In this document: piece after piece, positions 8,604 through 18,604 of the stretch
Numbering within the stretch: position 1 is the stretch's first letter
How the letters are laid out: every line of letters starts with the position of its first letter
Assembly (NCBI GenBank): GCA_020344955.1
Contig: CP070831.1
Coordinates: 2,372,479 to 2,416,871, forward strand
Reading direction: 5' to 3'
Length of the DNA: 44,393 nt
Origin: Promethearchaeota archaeon
GTDB taxonomy: Archaea > Asgardarchaeota > Lokiarchaeia > Sigyniarchaeales > SOKP01
Made by a program: the position numbers and the translations under genes
The notes under the pieces: generated by a model
Seen by the model: the letters and a program-made list of their open reading frames with translations, nothing else
Told to the model about the DNA's origin: nothing
The model's database searches: none

Positions 8604-10103
8604 ATGAAAATTGAGGATAACATAGAAACATTCAATTCACTAGTTAAACGTCGAGGATTTATTTGGGGACCTTCTCCAGAAATTTATGGTGGTCTAGCAG
8701 GATTTTACTCCTATGGCCCCGCTGGAATGGCTTTAAAAAATAATATACTAAATCTATTTAGACAAGAATTACGATATTTTGGATTCGGAGAAGTTGAATG
8801 TCCAACGATTATGCCTGAGATAGTTTGGATCGCATCAGGACATTTAGACCGTTTTATTGATCCTGTTATAAAGTGTGATAAATGTAGTACTCTTTATAGA
8901 GCCGACAGATTCCTTCAGGAACAGCTACCAGATCAATTGATAGATGGATTATCATTTAAAGAAATGGAGAATTTGATTCAGCAAAACAATCTATCCTGTC
9001 CTAAATGTGACACACCTCTTAATAAAATAGAAGAATATAATCTAATGTTAAAGACTCAAGTAGGTAATGATGTAACCGCATATCTAAGGCCAGAAACAGC
9101 CACAACAACTTATTTATTATTCAATCGTTTAGATCAAGATGCGAGAAGACAATACCCGATTAAAATTTATCAATTTGGAAAAGCATATCGTAATGAAATA
9201 TCGCCACGGCAAGGAGTTCTTCGGGTGAGGGCATTTGATCAATTTGAATTACAACTGTTTATCAGCAAACAACAAGAGATGGAATTTGAAGATTATGAAG
9301 AAATTAAGAAGAATACATTACCATTATTAGATTGGAAAAATCAAGAGAAGAACTTTTATAAACCTGAAATTATCTCATTAGAAGATGCTATTAATAAAAA
9401 TATCCTTAAAAAACCAGCATTTGCATATTGTCTTTATATCTCTTACTATTTAACTATAATACTGGGTATTCCAGAAGAATTAATTAGATTTAGACAACAT
9501 TCATTAAATGAACGTGCTCATTATGCAGATGATGCGTGGGATTTGGAAATAAATACAAGGCAATTTGGATGGGTAGAAATTTGTGGAGTCCATGATAGAA
9601 CAGATTATGATTTAAAAAGACACGCAGAATTTTCAAAACAGAATTTTGAAGTTAACATGAATCCTGAAACAGAATTTAAAGAGATTCCTCAAGTACTCGA
9701 AATAGCATTTGGAATTGATAGAATTATTTACACTTTACTAGAAACAACCTTTTATGTAGAAGAAGGAAGGATAAATTTAAGACTTAGCCCAGCATTAGCT
9801 CCGAATACCGTAGCGGTCTTTCCACTCGTTAAAAATAAGGAAAATATTAGAAATTTAGCACTAAAAATTCATAGAAATTTATTAGAAAATCGAATTAACT
9901 CTTTTTTTGATGCTGCAGGATCAATAGGTAAAAGATATAGAAGACAAGACGAAATTGGTACAACTTATTGTATTACTATTGATTACGAATCTTTAAAAGA
10001 TAATTCAGTCACTATTAGATTCAGAGATTCAATGGAACAAGAAAGGGTTAACATAAACGACTTGGTCGATATGTTAAGAAAAAAATTCAGAAATTCTAAG
10101 TAA
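8604..10103 (+). CDS. glyS: glycine--tRNA ligase (archaeal/eukaryotic alpha2 type)
   Basis: Class II motifs are present: FGKAYRNEISPRQGVLRVRAFDQFELQLF (motif 2) and GIDRIIYTLLE (motif 3). The N-terminus RRGFIWGPSPEIYGGLAGFYSYGP is typical of GlyRS. There is a Cys-pair insertion (CDKC...CPKC) and a C-terminal anticodon-binding domain containing GKRYRRQDEIGT. Confidence 0.93.
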   Translation: MKIEDNIETFNSLVKRRGFIWGPSPEIYGGLAGFYSYGPAGMALKNNILNLFRQELRYFGFGEVECPTIMPEIVWIASGHLDRFIDPVIKCDKCSTLYRADRFLQEQLPDQLIDGLSFKEMENLIQQNNLSCPKCDTPLNKIEEYNLMLKTQVGNDVTAYLRPETATTTYLLFNRLDQDARRQYPIKIYQFGKAYRNEISPRQGVLRVRAFDQFELQLFISKQQEMEFEDYEEIKKNTLPLLDWKNQEKNFYKPEIISLEDAINKNILKKPAFAYCLYISYYLTIILGIPEELIRFRQHSLNERAHYADDAWDLEINTRQFGWVEICGVHDRTDYDLKRHAEFSKQNFEVNMNPETEFKEIPQVLEIAFGIDRIIYTLLETTFYVEEGRINLRLSPALAPNTVAVFPLVKNKENIRNLALKIHRNLLENRINSFFDAAGSIGKRYRRQDEIGTTYCITIDYESLKDNSVTIRFRDSMEQERVNINDLVDMLRKKFRNSK

Positions 10104-10294
10104 GTCAGCTTATTATAAATTCTTCTTTTTAGAAAGTATAAATTTTTAATAGATTTCAAATCTTCGACACTTGACATATATTATGATCTTTTTGATATGG
10201 TCAGAAAAAATTTTAAAGAGAAGGATTTTTTACAAATATAATTTAAAAAGTAAACTTTGGTAAATACTTATTTAATAGCTATATTTAATTAAAA

Positions 10295-13096
10295 ATGAGA
10301 TTTTTAACTATATTTGATGTAGGAAAAAGTAGAAGGAATAAAAGCCAAAGTCTTAAAATAATTTTATGTCTATTTTTTACATTCATAATTTTTCTAAACT
10401 TAGTATTTATTAACCTGAATGAATTTACCAATAATAATTCCGAAGAGATCTTCTCTTCAAATGAGAATGATTTTGATAATAACACTTTTAACAATCCACA
10501 AACAGCTTCAGCTGTTTCAATGCTTCAAAATCCATTTACTAAAAATTTTGATCTTCTACGTAATTTTTTTGAGAACAGATATCAATCAAGTTTAGATTTT
10601 GATATACCCACTTATTATAGATATGGAGATAGCAATGGTGACATTGTAGATGGTACAATTTTCTCAGAAGATAACTTACTTTATTACAATTCATTAATGA
10701 AGATGGAAATAAATGATTTTGAAAGTTTTGACACATATTTAGATTTGAAAGGAACTAATCTATGGTTTGAAGGCAATGTTAATGATTATAAATATGGGTT
10801 TGTTAAGTCGATTGATAATATAACAGGAGATATTAAAGACGATAATAGATATTTGACTGATAATTTAATGTCAGTATTTTTATTAATTGAAAACATTGGA
10901 GCTGAAATTGATGATATTTCGGTAAATGGAGAAACTCCTGAAGATTCAATTGATGAGATTTTCTTTTTAGTGAATTCTTCTGAATTTTGGGATACAGACC
11001 CTATATACAATGGATTTACTCATTATAATTCTTCCAGTACTAAGTATTCTGAAAGTAATTTTTATGCTATTTTAGCAAATCTCTTAATCCATAGAACTTA
11101 TAGGAAACTTGGTTTAGATAATGCCATACGAGATAGAGCTTTGGAAGTTGCAAATCTTACTATGATTGATATGGTTGATAATGAATATATGTGGAATGAA
11201 GTTGATGATGCCTTTTATCATGATGCGAATATGGATTGGGATACATCACTTGCTGGGCAGAAACGTTATCACTTACGCACAAATGCTTTGGGTATTATTA
11301 CTTTGTTAGAATTTTGGACTGAATCAGGGATGAAAAATGATTCAATATATTATAAAAATGCAATTCATTTATATAACAGCTTAGAATATCTATATGATAA
11401 TGGTTTTTATATGAAAGTTGCCAATCCTGGATGGGCAGGTTATGCTGATACTAGTAAAGACTTAAGAGATAATTCTATAATGATGAGTGCTTGCTTGAAA
11501 TTATTTAAAGTAACAGGAAATATAACTTACTACAATAGGGCGTTAACCTTATACAATTCTATAGAAAATAATCTATATGATACTATAGGTGGTGCAATAG
11601 CATATGATTTTTCCTTAACTAATACAACCAAATCGTTTCTTTCTAACCTTCAGTTATCTAAGGCATATTTAAACGCTTTTGAAATTTATAACAGCACAGA
11701 TTTAGATGGCGCATATAATGTATCTGGAGAAATTCCAGATTTTACATTCAATCAAGATTATTTGAATTTGACATCAACCTATTCATTTAAAAATATTGAT
11801 CAATATTATAATCCCTCAAATGAGTCATATGTAAATTATGCAGTACATTATGATATAACTGATTATGATATTCATTATGTATTGAAATACCCTAATGGAA
11901 CATTTCTAAACCAAATTGAAAGATCAATTTCCAGTCCAACAACCTCTGATACTCTTGAAATCCTAATTGATGATTCATTCCCAATAGGTGAAGGTTATTC
12001 CATCTATGTATGGACGAATTCAACTTATTTTAAATTAACAGATACTTTAAAGCGTTTTAATGTTGTTTCTGGATTAATTAATGAATCAATAATAGGATTA
12101 CCCGGAATTTTGTATCAAGGACCAATTGTTAATGTTTCTTTGGTTGTTAATTACACGCGTAATGAAGATCTATCATTAACAGCATCAGTAGAAGGGCAAG
12201 ATATTGTTATTTTTCCTTCTCAAAATATTGATTTTAACGCTTCTATAGAAATAGTCCAGATAGATTTTAATATTACTGCTAAATTTGGAGCAGAACCAGG
12301 GAATAGTGAAATATTCTTCAAGATAAAACAGGGTTCTATTACTTTTTTGGAAGTTAAAAAGGTAATAGAAATTGGATATTCTTTTGATTATAGCAATTTT
12401 ATCTATCAAAGTGCTGTTGTTAGTGGAGAAAACATTTATGTATCTATGAGCTTAAAAAATTTTCTTCCAAATGCTACACAATCTTTTAACGTGAGTTTCA
12501 CTAGTGTTAATGAAGATTTTATTGTAAGCGTTATACAAGAGGAGACATTGAATAAAAATGAAATAAAACTTGTATCATACTATTTAAAAACTGCAGAATC
12601 TATTACAAATGATACAATAAGGATTAAAATGAGCATTCTAATAAACATTACAGAATACTATTCAAAATCTTTTAATGTACAAGTTGTCCCTAAATTTGAA
12701 ATTATAAGTACTTCCTTTCCGAAAAGCATACCACAAGGAACATCTGCTTACTTAATCATTGTAATCCAAAATAATCAAGAAAGTTCAGAAGTATTTTCAT
12801 TATATATAAATGGTGTAAAATATGGTACTAATTTAGCTATGCTGGATACAGGAGAAAATATCATTATGACAGAAATTACACCTTCCATAAATCCTTATGA
12901 ATTTGGAATGAAAAAATATCGAGTAGAATTAAGAGATAGCAAAGATGATGAAATTGCTTTATTTTATGTTGAAATCTCACTTGAATTATCATCATTAAAT
13001 CTAGTGTTGTTTTATATATTGCCTGTTATAATACCAATTGGAATTATATTATATTTCAAGAATAAAGATATTAAACATAAGAAATTAAGAAGATGA
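10295..13096 (+). CDS. large exported, membrane-anchored glycoprotein with an (alpha/alpha)6-toroid-like domain plus beta-rich (Ig-like) domains
   Basis: The N-terminus has a basic region followed by a hydrophobic signal or anchor (KSRRNKSQSLKIILCLFFTFIIFLNLVFI). The C-terminus has a TM segment (LNLVLFYILPVIIPIGIILYF) and then a basic tail, KNKDIKHKKLRR. I count about 25 N-x-S/T sequons between the two. Six (D/S/T)N-plus-hydrophobic helix starts lie about 58-75 aa apart (aa 126, 189, 254, 329, 392, 450), which suggests a six-hairpin fold. Confidence 0.75.
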   Translation: MRFLTIFDVGKSRRNKSQSLKIILCLFFTFIIFLNLVFINLNEFTNNNSEEIFSSNENDFDNNTFNNPQTASAVSMLQNPFTKNFDLLRNFFENRYQSSLDFDIPTYYRYGDSNGDIVDGTIFSEDNLLYYNSLMKMEINDFESFDTYLDLKGTNLWFEGNVNDYKYGFVKSIDNITGDIKDDNRYLTDNLMSVFLLIENIGAEIDDISVNGETPEDSIDEIFFLVNSSEFWDTDPIYNGFTHYNSSSTKYSESNFYAILANLLIHRTYRKLGLDNAIRDRALEVANLTMIDMVDNEYMWNEVDDAFYHDANMDWDTSLAGQKRYHLRTNALGIITLLEFWTESGMKNDSIYYKNAIHLYNSLEYLYDNGFYMKVANPGWAGYADTSKDLRDNSIMMSACLKLFKVTGNITYYNRALTLYNSIENNLYDTIGGAIAYDFSLTNTTKSFLSNLQLSKAYLNAFEIYNSTDLDGAYNVSGEIPDFTFNQDYLNLTSTYSFKNIDQYYNPSNESYVNYAVHYDITDYDIHYVLKYPNGTFLNQIERSISSPTTSDTLEILIDDSFPIGEGYSIYVWTNSTYFKLTDTLKRFNVVSGLINESIIGLPGILYQGPIVNVSLVVNYTRNEDLSLTASVEGQDIVIFPSQNIDFNASIEIVQIDFNITAKFGAEPGNSEIFFKIKQGSITFLEVKKVIEIGYSFDYSNFIYQSAVVSGENIYVSMSLKNFLPNATQSFNVSFTSVNEDFIVSVIQEETLNKNEIKLVSYYLKTAESITNDTIRIKMSILINITEYYSKSFNVQVVPKFEIISTSFPKSIPQGTSAYLIIVIQNNQESSEVFSLYINGVKYGTNLAMLDTGENIIMTEITPSINPYEFGMKKYRVELRDSKDDEIALFYVEISLELSSLNLVLFYILPVIIPIGIILYFKNKDIKHKKLRR

Positions 13097-13103
13097 GGAT
13101 ATT

Positions 13104-14804
13104 TTGCTAATTAAACAAAAAAAAGTTACAATACTAATTTTATTCATTTTATTCAGTTCATTTTTAAGTTATACTACTGTTTCCTTGAATAATTTAAACT
13201 CTCTTAGTGTAAATAATGAAGAATTTCTTTTACCTAAAACTTCGGCTTTACGACCATTAGAATATAGTGAAATAGAACAAAATGCTACAGAAATTTATCG
13301 ATTATTTGAATCTATTAATTTCACTATTGATACATTTGAATACGATAATGTAAATTACACAAAAATGCAAATATTATTTAGCAATGGCACAACTAAGGTA
13401 TTTGATATGGAATTTATAGGTAGTAATAAATTCCTTGGCATATATACACCAGATTATGATGCTCCTTTAGGTTTTCAGAATGTAAGTTTTTTAATCTATA
13501 ATGAAACCAATGGTTTAGAAAATACACATACAACATATACTAATTTTACAATTCTTACGAATTACATGGTAAATCTATATAATTCAGAAAACCTCCTTAC
13601 TTCTGAATACTATACTGAAGATTTAATAAATGCTCAATTGATAGTGTCTAATTTTAAATCTTATGATTTTTCATGGAATACAACTATAGTTGACAGTGAA
13701 GAATTAAACCAAAACACAATACTAAGTCTTGAAAAAAACCTTGTTCAACATAATATTTATCTAGACAATAAAACATATACTGACAAAAATCAATATTATT
13801 ATTTACAATTAAATATGACTGATAAGAATAGTGGAAGAAAAGAGAACGCCTATTTTCCTTTTTATATGAGAAATAATAAACCAATAATTAATTCTAGTAT
13901 CGAACTTTCTACTGATGAATTACTCAGGGTTGAAGATTGTACAATTTCAGTTAATGTAACAGATATAGAAACACTCACAGAAAATCTCATAACAAGAGTA
14001 GAGGTTTATGATGCTGAAGGTCAACATGTACTTTCAAGAGCATTAAACTTTGTTAGCGAAAATTTATTTTCAAATACTTTTACCATTACAGCGAATAATC
14101 CTATAGGTAATTACCTAATTAATGTATCAGTAAGAGATGAACACGATGCAGTAACATCGAAAACGAGGTTCTTAACAGTGACTAATAATTTCCCTGAAAT
14201 TCATAGCTATACTATTAATGGATTGTCTATGAATCAAACGATATCAGTATTTTATGGCAGAGATTTAGTATTTAAATTTAATGTATCTGATGTTGAGGAA
14301 GTCTCGTATGTCAAAGTTGCACTTTTAGGAGAAAACAGTCAGTGGTATAATATAACACGAGAATATAATGGACCAAATACGGAAATTACTGTTAGAACTA
14401 TCGATTTAATAGAAGGGATTTGGTATGTATATATTTATGTCATAGATTCAGATGATGCGATTACAAGTCTTACTGATGATTATGATAGAGCACCTCAAGG
14501 AATAAGAATTATTCCAGATGTAATAAGTTATTATCTACCATGGATTTTATTTTTTGCAGGATTAAGTATTGGAATCCTCGTGGCTATTGGTGTCACATAT
14601 GGATATTTCAAGTCAAAGGTTGCAGAACCTCAAAAGATTATTACTAAAAAGAAAGAAATTACACCGAAAAAACCGATTACTAAGAAAAAAGTAAAATCAA
14701 TCCCTAGTAAAGAGGAAATTGATAGTGAAGAAATTGAAGGATTGAAACCAAAAGAAGAACAAAAGGAAGGAGTTCCTAAACGTAAGATAAAAAGAAAATT
14801 ATAA
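13104..14804 (+). CDS. exported, membrane-anchored glycoprotein with Ig-like repeats and a Lys-rich cytoplasmic tail
   Basis: The TTG start lies 7 nt after the upstream stop, with GAGGA overlapping that stop. The N-terminus has a signal or anchor (VTILILFILFSSFLSYTTV). I count about 16 sequons. The C-terminal TM is LPWILFFAGLSIGILVAIGVTYGYF. The tail that follows is KIITKKKEITPKKPITKKKVKS...KRKIKRKL. Confidence 0.75.
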   Translation: MLIKQKKVTILILFILFSSFLSYTTVSLNNLNSLSVNNEEFLLPKTSALRPLEYSEIEQNATEIYRLFESINFTIDTFEYDNVNYTKMQILFSNGTTKVFDMEFIGSNKFLGIYTPDYDAPLGFQNVSFLIYNETNGLENTHTTYTNFTILTNYMVNLYNSENLLTSEYYTEDLINAQLIVSNFKSYDFSWNTTIVDSEELNQNTILSLEKNLVQHNIYLDNKTYTDKNQYYYLQLNMTDKNSGRKENAYFPFYMRNNKPIINSSIELSTDELLRVEDCTISVNVTDIETLTENLITRVEVYDAEGQHVLSRALNFVSENLFSNTFTITANNPIGNYLINVSVRDEHDAVTSKTRFLTVTNNFPEIHSYTINGLSMNQTISVFYGRDLVFKFNVSDVEEVSYVKVALLGENSQWYNITREYNGPNTEITVRTIDLIEGIWYVYIYVIDSDDAITSLTDDYDRAPQGIRIIPDVISYYLPWILFFAGLSIGILVAIGVTYGYFKSKVAEPQKIITKKKEITPKKPITKKKVKSIPSKEEIDSEEIEGLKPKEEQKEGVPKRKIKRKL

Positions 14805-14824
14805 AAAGAAAATATTATATCTAA

Positions 14825-14832
14825 TTTTTTTA
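14825..14832 (+). terminator. T8 run, candidate archaeal oligo-T terminator after the 13104-14804 gene
   Basis: TTTTTTTT lies 21 nt downstream of the stop, in the convergent gap before ftr. Confidence 0.35.
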
Positions 14833-14850
14833 AAATTTATCAATTACTTC

Positions 14851-15762
14851 TTAACTTAATATATCATAAAGTCTATATTGAAATTTACCAAGGTTTCCTC
14901 CATAATTCCCTGCAGATATACGATTTATCCCTGGAACTTTAACTGCTGCTTCAATTCCTAATTTCATTGCAGTTTTTATTGCTTCTTCAGTAGCTCCATC
15001 AAAAATGATTTCGTAAACACAATTATCTCCTTCTCTCAATTCCGAGTTTTCAATTTTTTTTCTTAGAGTTGGACATAAGGGATCGTTAGTAGATGCATTT
15101 AAGAAACTGTATTTTGAACCAACTTTCGATCCTGAACGAGCTATACCCCCCGGGAAAGGAGTAATTACATTAGGAATTCCTTTTACGGACTCAATTGCCC
15201 TTTCAGCAGCTTCTAAAGCTGAATCTTGATCTTTGCCAATAATCAAGAAATTTCCTCCAGCTATACCTTTCCCAACTTTAGCTAAACTTTGGACAATAAA
15301 TTCTCCTTCCATTACAGGGATTTTCCAAGCTTCAAAAGGATAAGATCCTTCAACTTTCTCTTGGAATCCATCACCGAAAAATTTTAAATTGGCACCTATT
15401 TTTATTTCAAATTCTTTTTCAGGATCAAGTGATCCATTAATTGCATCAAAACATGCCGTTGTTGGACATGTTAAAACACATTGCCCCAATCGATTCATGA
15501 CTACGTTGCTTACCTGATCTTTTTTTGTCTTGAAAAACATTATAATAACTCCTGGGCGATTATCTGGGGTTTTATCAGGGGGAACAATAATATCAATTCC
15601 TGCCTCAGCATCACAATGAATTGTTGAAGTACCATAACCTGTTGAAACTCTAGCAGCAATTTTCGCCCACTTTTCATTTTTGGCAGTGATCAATATACGT
15701 GTAAAGAATCCCCCAAATGCTTCGCAAAAAGTGTCTTGAATTTCTACACCATTTAATTCCAT
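14851..15762 (-). CDS. ftr: formylmethanofuran--tetrahydromethanopterin N-formyltransferase
   Basis: The N-terminus MELNGVEIQDTFCEAFGG...ILITA matches Ftr proteins as I remember them (M. kandleri MEINGVEIEDTFAEAF...VLITA). So do IPVMEGEFIV, PFPGGIA.SGSKVGSKY and CVYEIIFDG. An AGGAG Shine-Dalgarno element lies about 8 nt upstream. Confidence 0.95.
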   Translation of the reverse strand: MELNGVEIQDTFCEAFGGFFTRILITAKNEKWAKIAARVSTGYGTSTIHCDAEAGIDIIVPPDKTPDNRPGVIIMFFKTKKDQVSNVVMNRLGQCVLTCPTTACFDAINGSLDPEKEFEIKIGANLKFFGDGFQEKVEGSYPFEAWKIPVMEGEFIVQSLAKVGKGIAGGNFLIIGKDQDSALEAAERAIESVKGIPNVITPFPGGIARSGSKVGSKYSFLNASTNDPLCPTLRKKIENSELREGDNCVYEIIFDGATEEAIKTAMKLGIEAAVKVPGINRISAGNYGGNLGKFQYRLYDILS

Positions 15763-15940
15763 TTTAATTATAACTCCTTTTAATTGTTTTTTTTTAATTG
15801 AGAAATTTTTAATAGTATGTATAACTAAATAGCGTTCTATTTTATATAAAATTTTAAAAAAAAAATAAAAACATTGAAAAATTGTAAGGTTATATAATTC
15901 TAATTTTAAAATTTGAATTTTTAAATAAAAGTTGTGAAAA

Positions 15941-16783
15941 ATGAGTGAAGAAGGAAAAGTACTAAATATTGGAATTCTTAAAAATGGAACAATTGGGTCA
16001 TCTCTATTACTTGCTTTTCTTTTAGATGAGAGAGCAGAAGCTACAAGAATTAATGTAAGAGAAATTACATCTGGTGCTAAAATGCATCCCGCAGATCATT
16101 GTGTAGATACTATGAAAGAATTAATCAAATTTGGACCAGAGTTAATAATAATGTCTAGTCCAAATGCCGCTTTACCTGGGCCTAAAGCTGCTCGAGAATT
16201 AGCTGGGGGTATCCCTACTATAATAATTTCGGATGCTCCTGCTAAAAAGGCTATTGATGAAATAAAAGAAAAGAATATGGGTTATATATTAATAAACTGC
16301 GATAGTATGATTGGAGCACGTAGACCTTTTCTTGATCCTGTTGAAATGAGTATCTTTAACTCTGATTTGTTAAAAGTTCTTGCTATCACAGGAGTACTTC
16401 AAGTAATAGCTGAAGAATTAAATAAAGTTATTATAGATATGCTTGAAAATAGATCGCCCATATTGCCCCAAATTATCATTGATTCTAATAATGCAACCGA
16501 AGCTGCAAAATTCTCGAATCCTTATGCAAGATCTAAAGCAATTGCAGCTTTTGAACTCGCAGCATCAGTATCTAAAGTTACAGGAAAAGCTTGTTTTCAA
16601 TTAAAAGAAAGATCTGAATATATGCCATTATTAGCCGCAGCTCACGAAATGATGAGAACTGCTGCTCTAATGTGCGATGAAGCAAGAGAAATTGAAAAGG
16701 CTAATGATACAGTTATTAGACGACCACATCACGCAAAACAACATTTCTTAAAAAAAATTGGTTTACATGATAAGGAAACATGA
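15941..16783 (+). CDS. mtd: F420-dependent methylenetetrahydromethanopterin dehydrogenase
   Basis: It can be aligned along its whole length with Mtd as I remember it. Shared blocks include LLDERA, PNAALPGPKAARE, GARRPFLDPVEMSIFNSDLLKVLA, NPYA and AAAHEMMRTAA...DEAREIEKANDTV. Confidence 0.93.
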   Translation: MSEEGKVLNIGILKNGTIGSSLLLAFLLDERAEATRINVREITSGAKMHPADHCVDTMKELIKFGPELIIMSSPNAALPGPKAARELAGGIPTIIISDAPAKKAIDEIKEKNMGYILINCDSMIGARRPFLDPVEMSIFNSDLLKVLAITGVLQVIAEELNKVIIDMLENRSPILPQIIIDSNNATEAAKFSNPYARSKAIAAFELAASVSKVTGKACFQLKERSEYMPLLAAAHEMMRTAALMCDEAREIEKANDTVIRRPHHAKQHFLKKIGLHDKET

Positions 16784-16844
16784 AATGGCGATTATTCTAA
16801 ATTAAAAAAATTTTAATTTTTTATTTTTAAATCCTTGAATTTTA

Positions 16845-17801
16845 TTAAAAAGTAGAAGATTTCAAATAGAGTTTTAAGTTTTTGAAAGATTCACCAGTTA
16901 AGGCATTCATAACACTAGAAAACACCTCAGGTTGTTTGTTTCTTGTTACAGCCATTAAGACTGCTCCATTGCTCACGTCTTTTACTAAAATCCAGCAATT
17001 GTCAGACTCATATACAATAGTAGATAAGGATAAAGGTGAAAGGTTTGAAATTTTTTGAAGTTCCATAATTTGTTGATAAATACTATAAATATTAGAATCT
17101 AATGTGCCAATTTCAAATTTCATAAATTTTAAAGGTTTTGATTCAAATTTACCAAGTGTAGAAGAAATTAATAATCCATCAGGTTGATTGAATAATAGAT
17201 ACTCTGATAAAGTATTGATTTTTAGCTCATCTAATAAATGACGTATTTTTCCTAACCGTTGCATAGATAATGTATTCTTTTGAATTTCATAATCTAATAT
17301 CTCAATTAATCTGTGCTGAGCACTTCCTTCTTTTACAGATACCGGAGTGAAAGAGAGTTTTTCTATAAAACCATTATTCAGATCTTCAGTCAAAATTTCA
17401 TAAAATTCATCTTCTTTAGATTCCTGTAAATCAATTTTATTTAATAAGACATATACTTGTTGAACTTGAGGAGAGAATTCGAATAAGTATGTTAAAAATT
17501 TATCAAAAGTGTCACGCACTTCAGGATCGATAGCAGCAGAATCAACCATAAAAACAGCTGTCGTAGCCTCTGAAAATATTAATTCTCTTTGTGATTCAGA
17601 GAAATATCTTTCCATATAGCGCTCTTGACCACCTGCATCCCAAATATTTAGTTCCATAATCCCACGAAATATAAAGTTTTCCCTCGATATTCCTTTCGTT
17701 GGTTTTAAGTTTAAAACCTTCATAAAATTATATCCTAAACAAGTGGTTCGCATTAAAGATGTCTTACCTGCTCCAGCTGGGCCAAAAAGTAATATTTTCA
17801 A
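16845..17801 (-). CDS. Rag/Gtr-family GTPase with a fused C-terminal roadblock (longin-like) domain
   Basis: G1 is GPAGAGKTS, G3 is NIWDAGGQERYMERYF and G4 is NKID. The G3 block closely parallels human RagA [16 protein letters not shown] (sequence from memory). The C-terminal half (EYLLFNQPDGLLISS ... CWILVKDVSNGAVLMAVTRNK) looks like a roadblock domain. The start is TTG, preceded by GGAG about 9 nt upstream. Confidence 0.85.
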   Translation of the reverse strand: MKILLFGPAGAGKTSLMRTTCLGYNFMKVLNLKPTKGISRENFIFRGIMELNIWDAGGQERYMERYFSESQRELIFSEATTAVFMVDSAAIDPEVRDTFDKFLTYLFEFSPQVQQVYVLLNKIDLQESKEDEFYEILTEDLNNGFIEKLSFTPVSVKEGSAQHRLIEILDYEIQKNTLSMQRLGKIRHLLDELKINTLSEYLLFNQPDGLLISSTLGKFESKPLKFMKFEIGTLDSNIYSIYQQIMELQKISNLSPLSLSTIVYESDNCWILVKDVSNGAVLMAVTRNKQPEVFSSVMNALTGESFKNLKLYLKSSTF

Positions 17802-18019
17802 GGTTAAAAACTCCTATCAATAATAAATTCAATTTTATTTTTTCTTTATCTTCAATATATTTTTTATACTTTAATTTTTATTTAATTTTTTCTAAATATT
17901 AAAAGAAAATTTAGTAATGTTTAAAATTAATTTTATATCAATCAATTAAATATCATTTTAAATTAATCTTAATTAAAAAAAATCAATTTAAGTAATAAGT
18001 AAAAAGGAAAGGATTTAAA

Positions 18020-18553
18020 ATGGAAGATAAACTACTGAATCATATTAGAAATGTTCCAGATTGGCCAAAACCAGGAATTCAATTTAAGGATATCACAACT
18101 TTATGTAAAGATTACACATCCTTTAAGGATTCATGTGATAGAATTATTCAAAACTATAAGGAAAAAGGAATTACGAAGGTTGCTGCAATTGAGGCTCGTG
18201 GGTATGTATGGGGTGGAGTCTTAGCCTATCAATTAGGTGCGGGTTTTGTTCTAATGAGAAAACCTGGTAAATTACCATATAAAACCCTAAGCGAAACTTA
18301 TGAGCTTGAATATGGAACTGATAGTATTGAGATGCACATTGATGCTATTAAAGAAGGAGATAAAGTCTTAGTTTTTGATGATTTGCTGGCAACTGGAGGG
18401 ACTGCTAAAGCAGCATGTAATTTAGTAGAAAAAGCTGGTGGTGAAGTAGTAGGAATTGCATTTGTAATTGAATTAACAGGAAGTTTACATGGAAGAGATA
18501 AATTAGAAGGTTATGATGTTCTTTCTCTAGTAAAAATTCCAGTTGAGGAATAA
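18020..18553 (+). CDS. apt: adenine phosphoribosyltransferase
   Basis: The N-terminus has the typical Apt sequence IRNVPDWPKPGIQFKDITTL. Also present are EARGYVWGG and the PRPP-binding motif VLVFDDLLATGGTA. The length is 177 aa. Confidence 0.93.
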   Translation: MEDKLLNHIRNVPDWPKPGIQFKDITTLCKDYTSFKDSCDRIIQNYKEKGITKVAAIEARGYVWGGVLAYQLGAGFVLMRKPGKLPYKTLSETYELEYGTDSIEMHIDAIKEGDKVLVFDDLLATGGTAKAACNLVEKAGGEVVGIAFVIELTGSLHGRDKLEGYDVLSLVKIPVEE

Positions 18554-18604
18554 AACATCTCTAAACTAATTAAAATAAAAAAATATCTAAAAATTCGAAA
18601 TTAT

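Noticed and set aside
14636-14700. The repeated ITKKK/ITPKK/ITKKK coding segment, considered as a possible DNA tandem repeat.
   Set aside because: The nucleotide copies are degenerate. This is low-complexity Lys-rich coding sequence, not a true tandem repeat.
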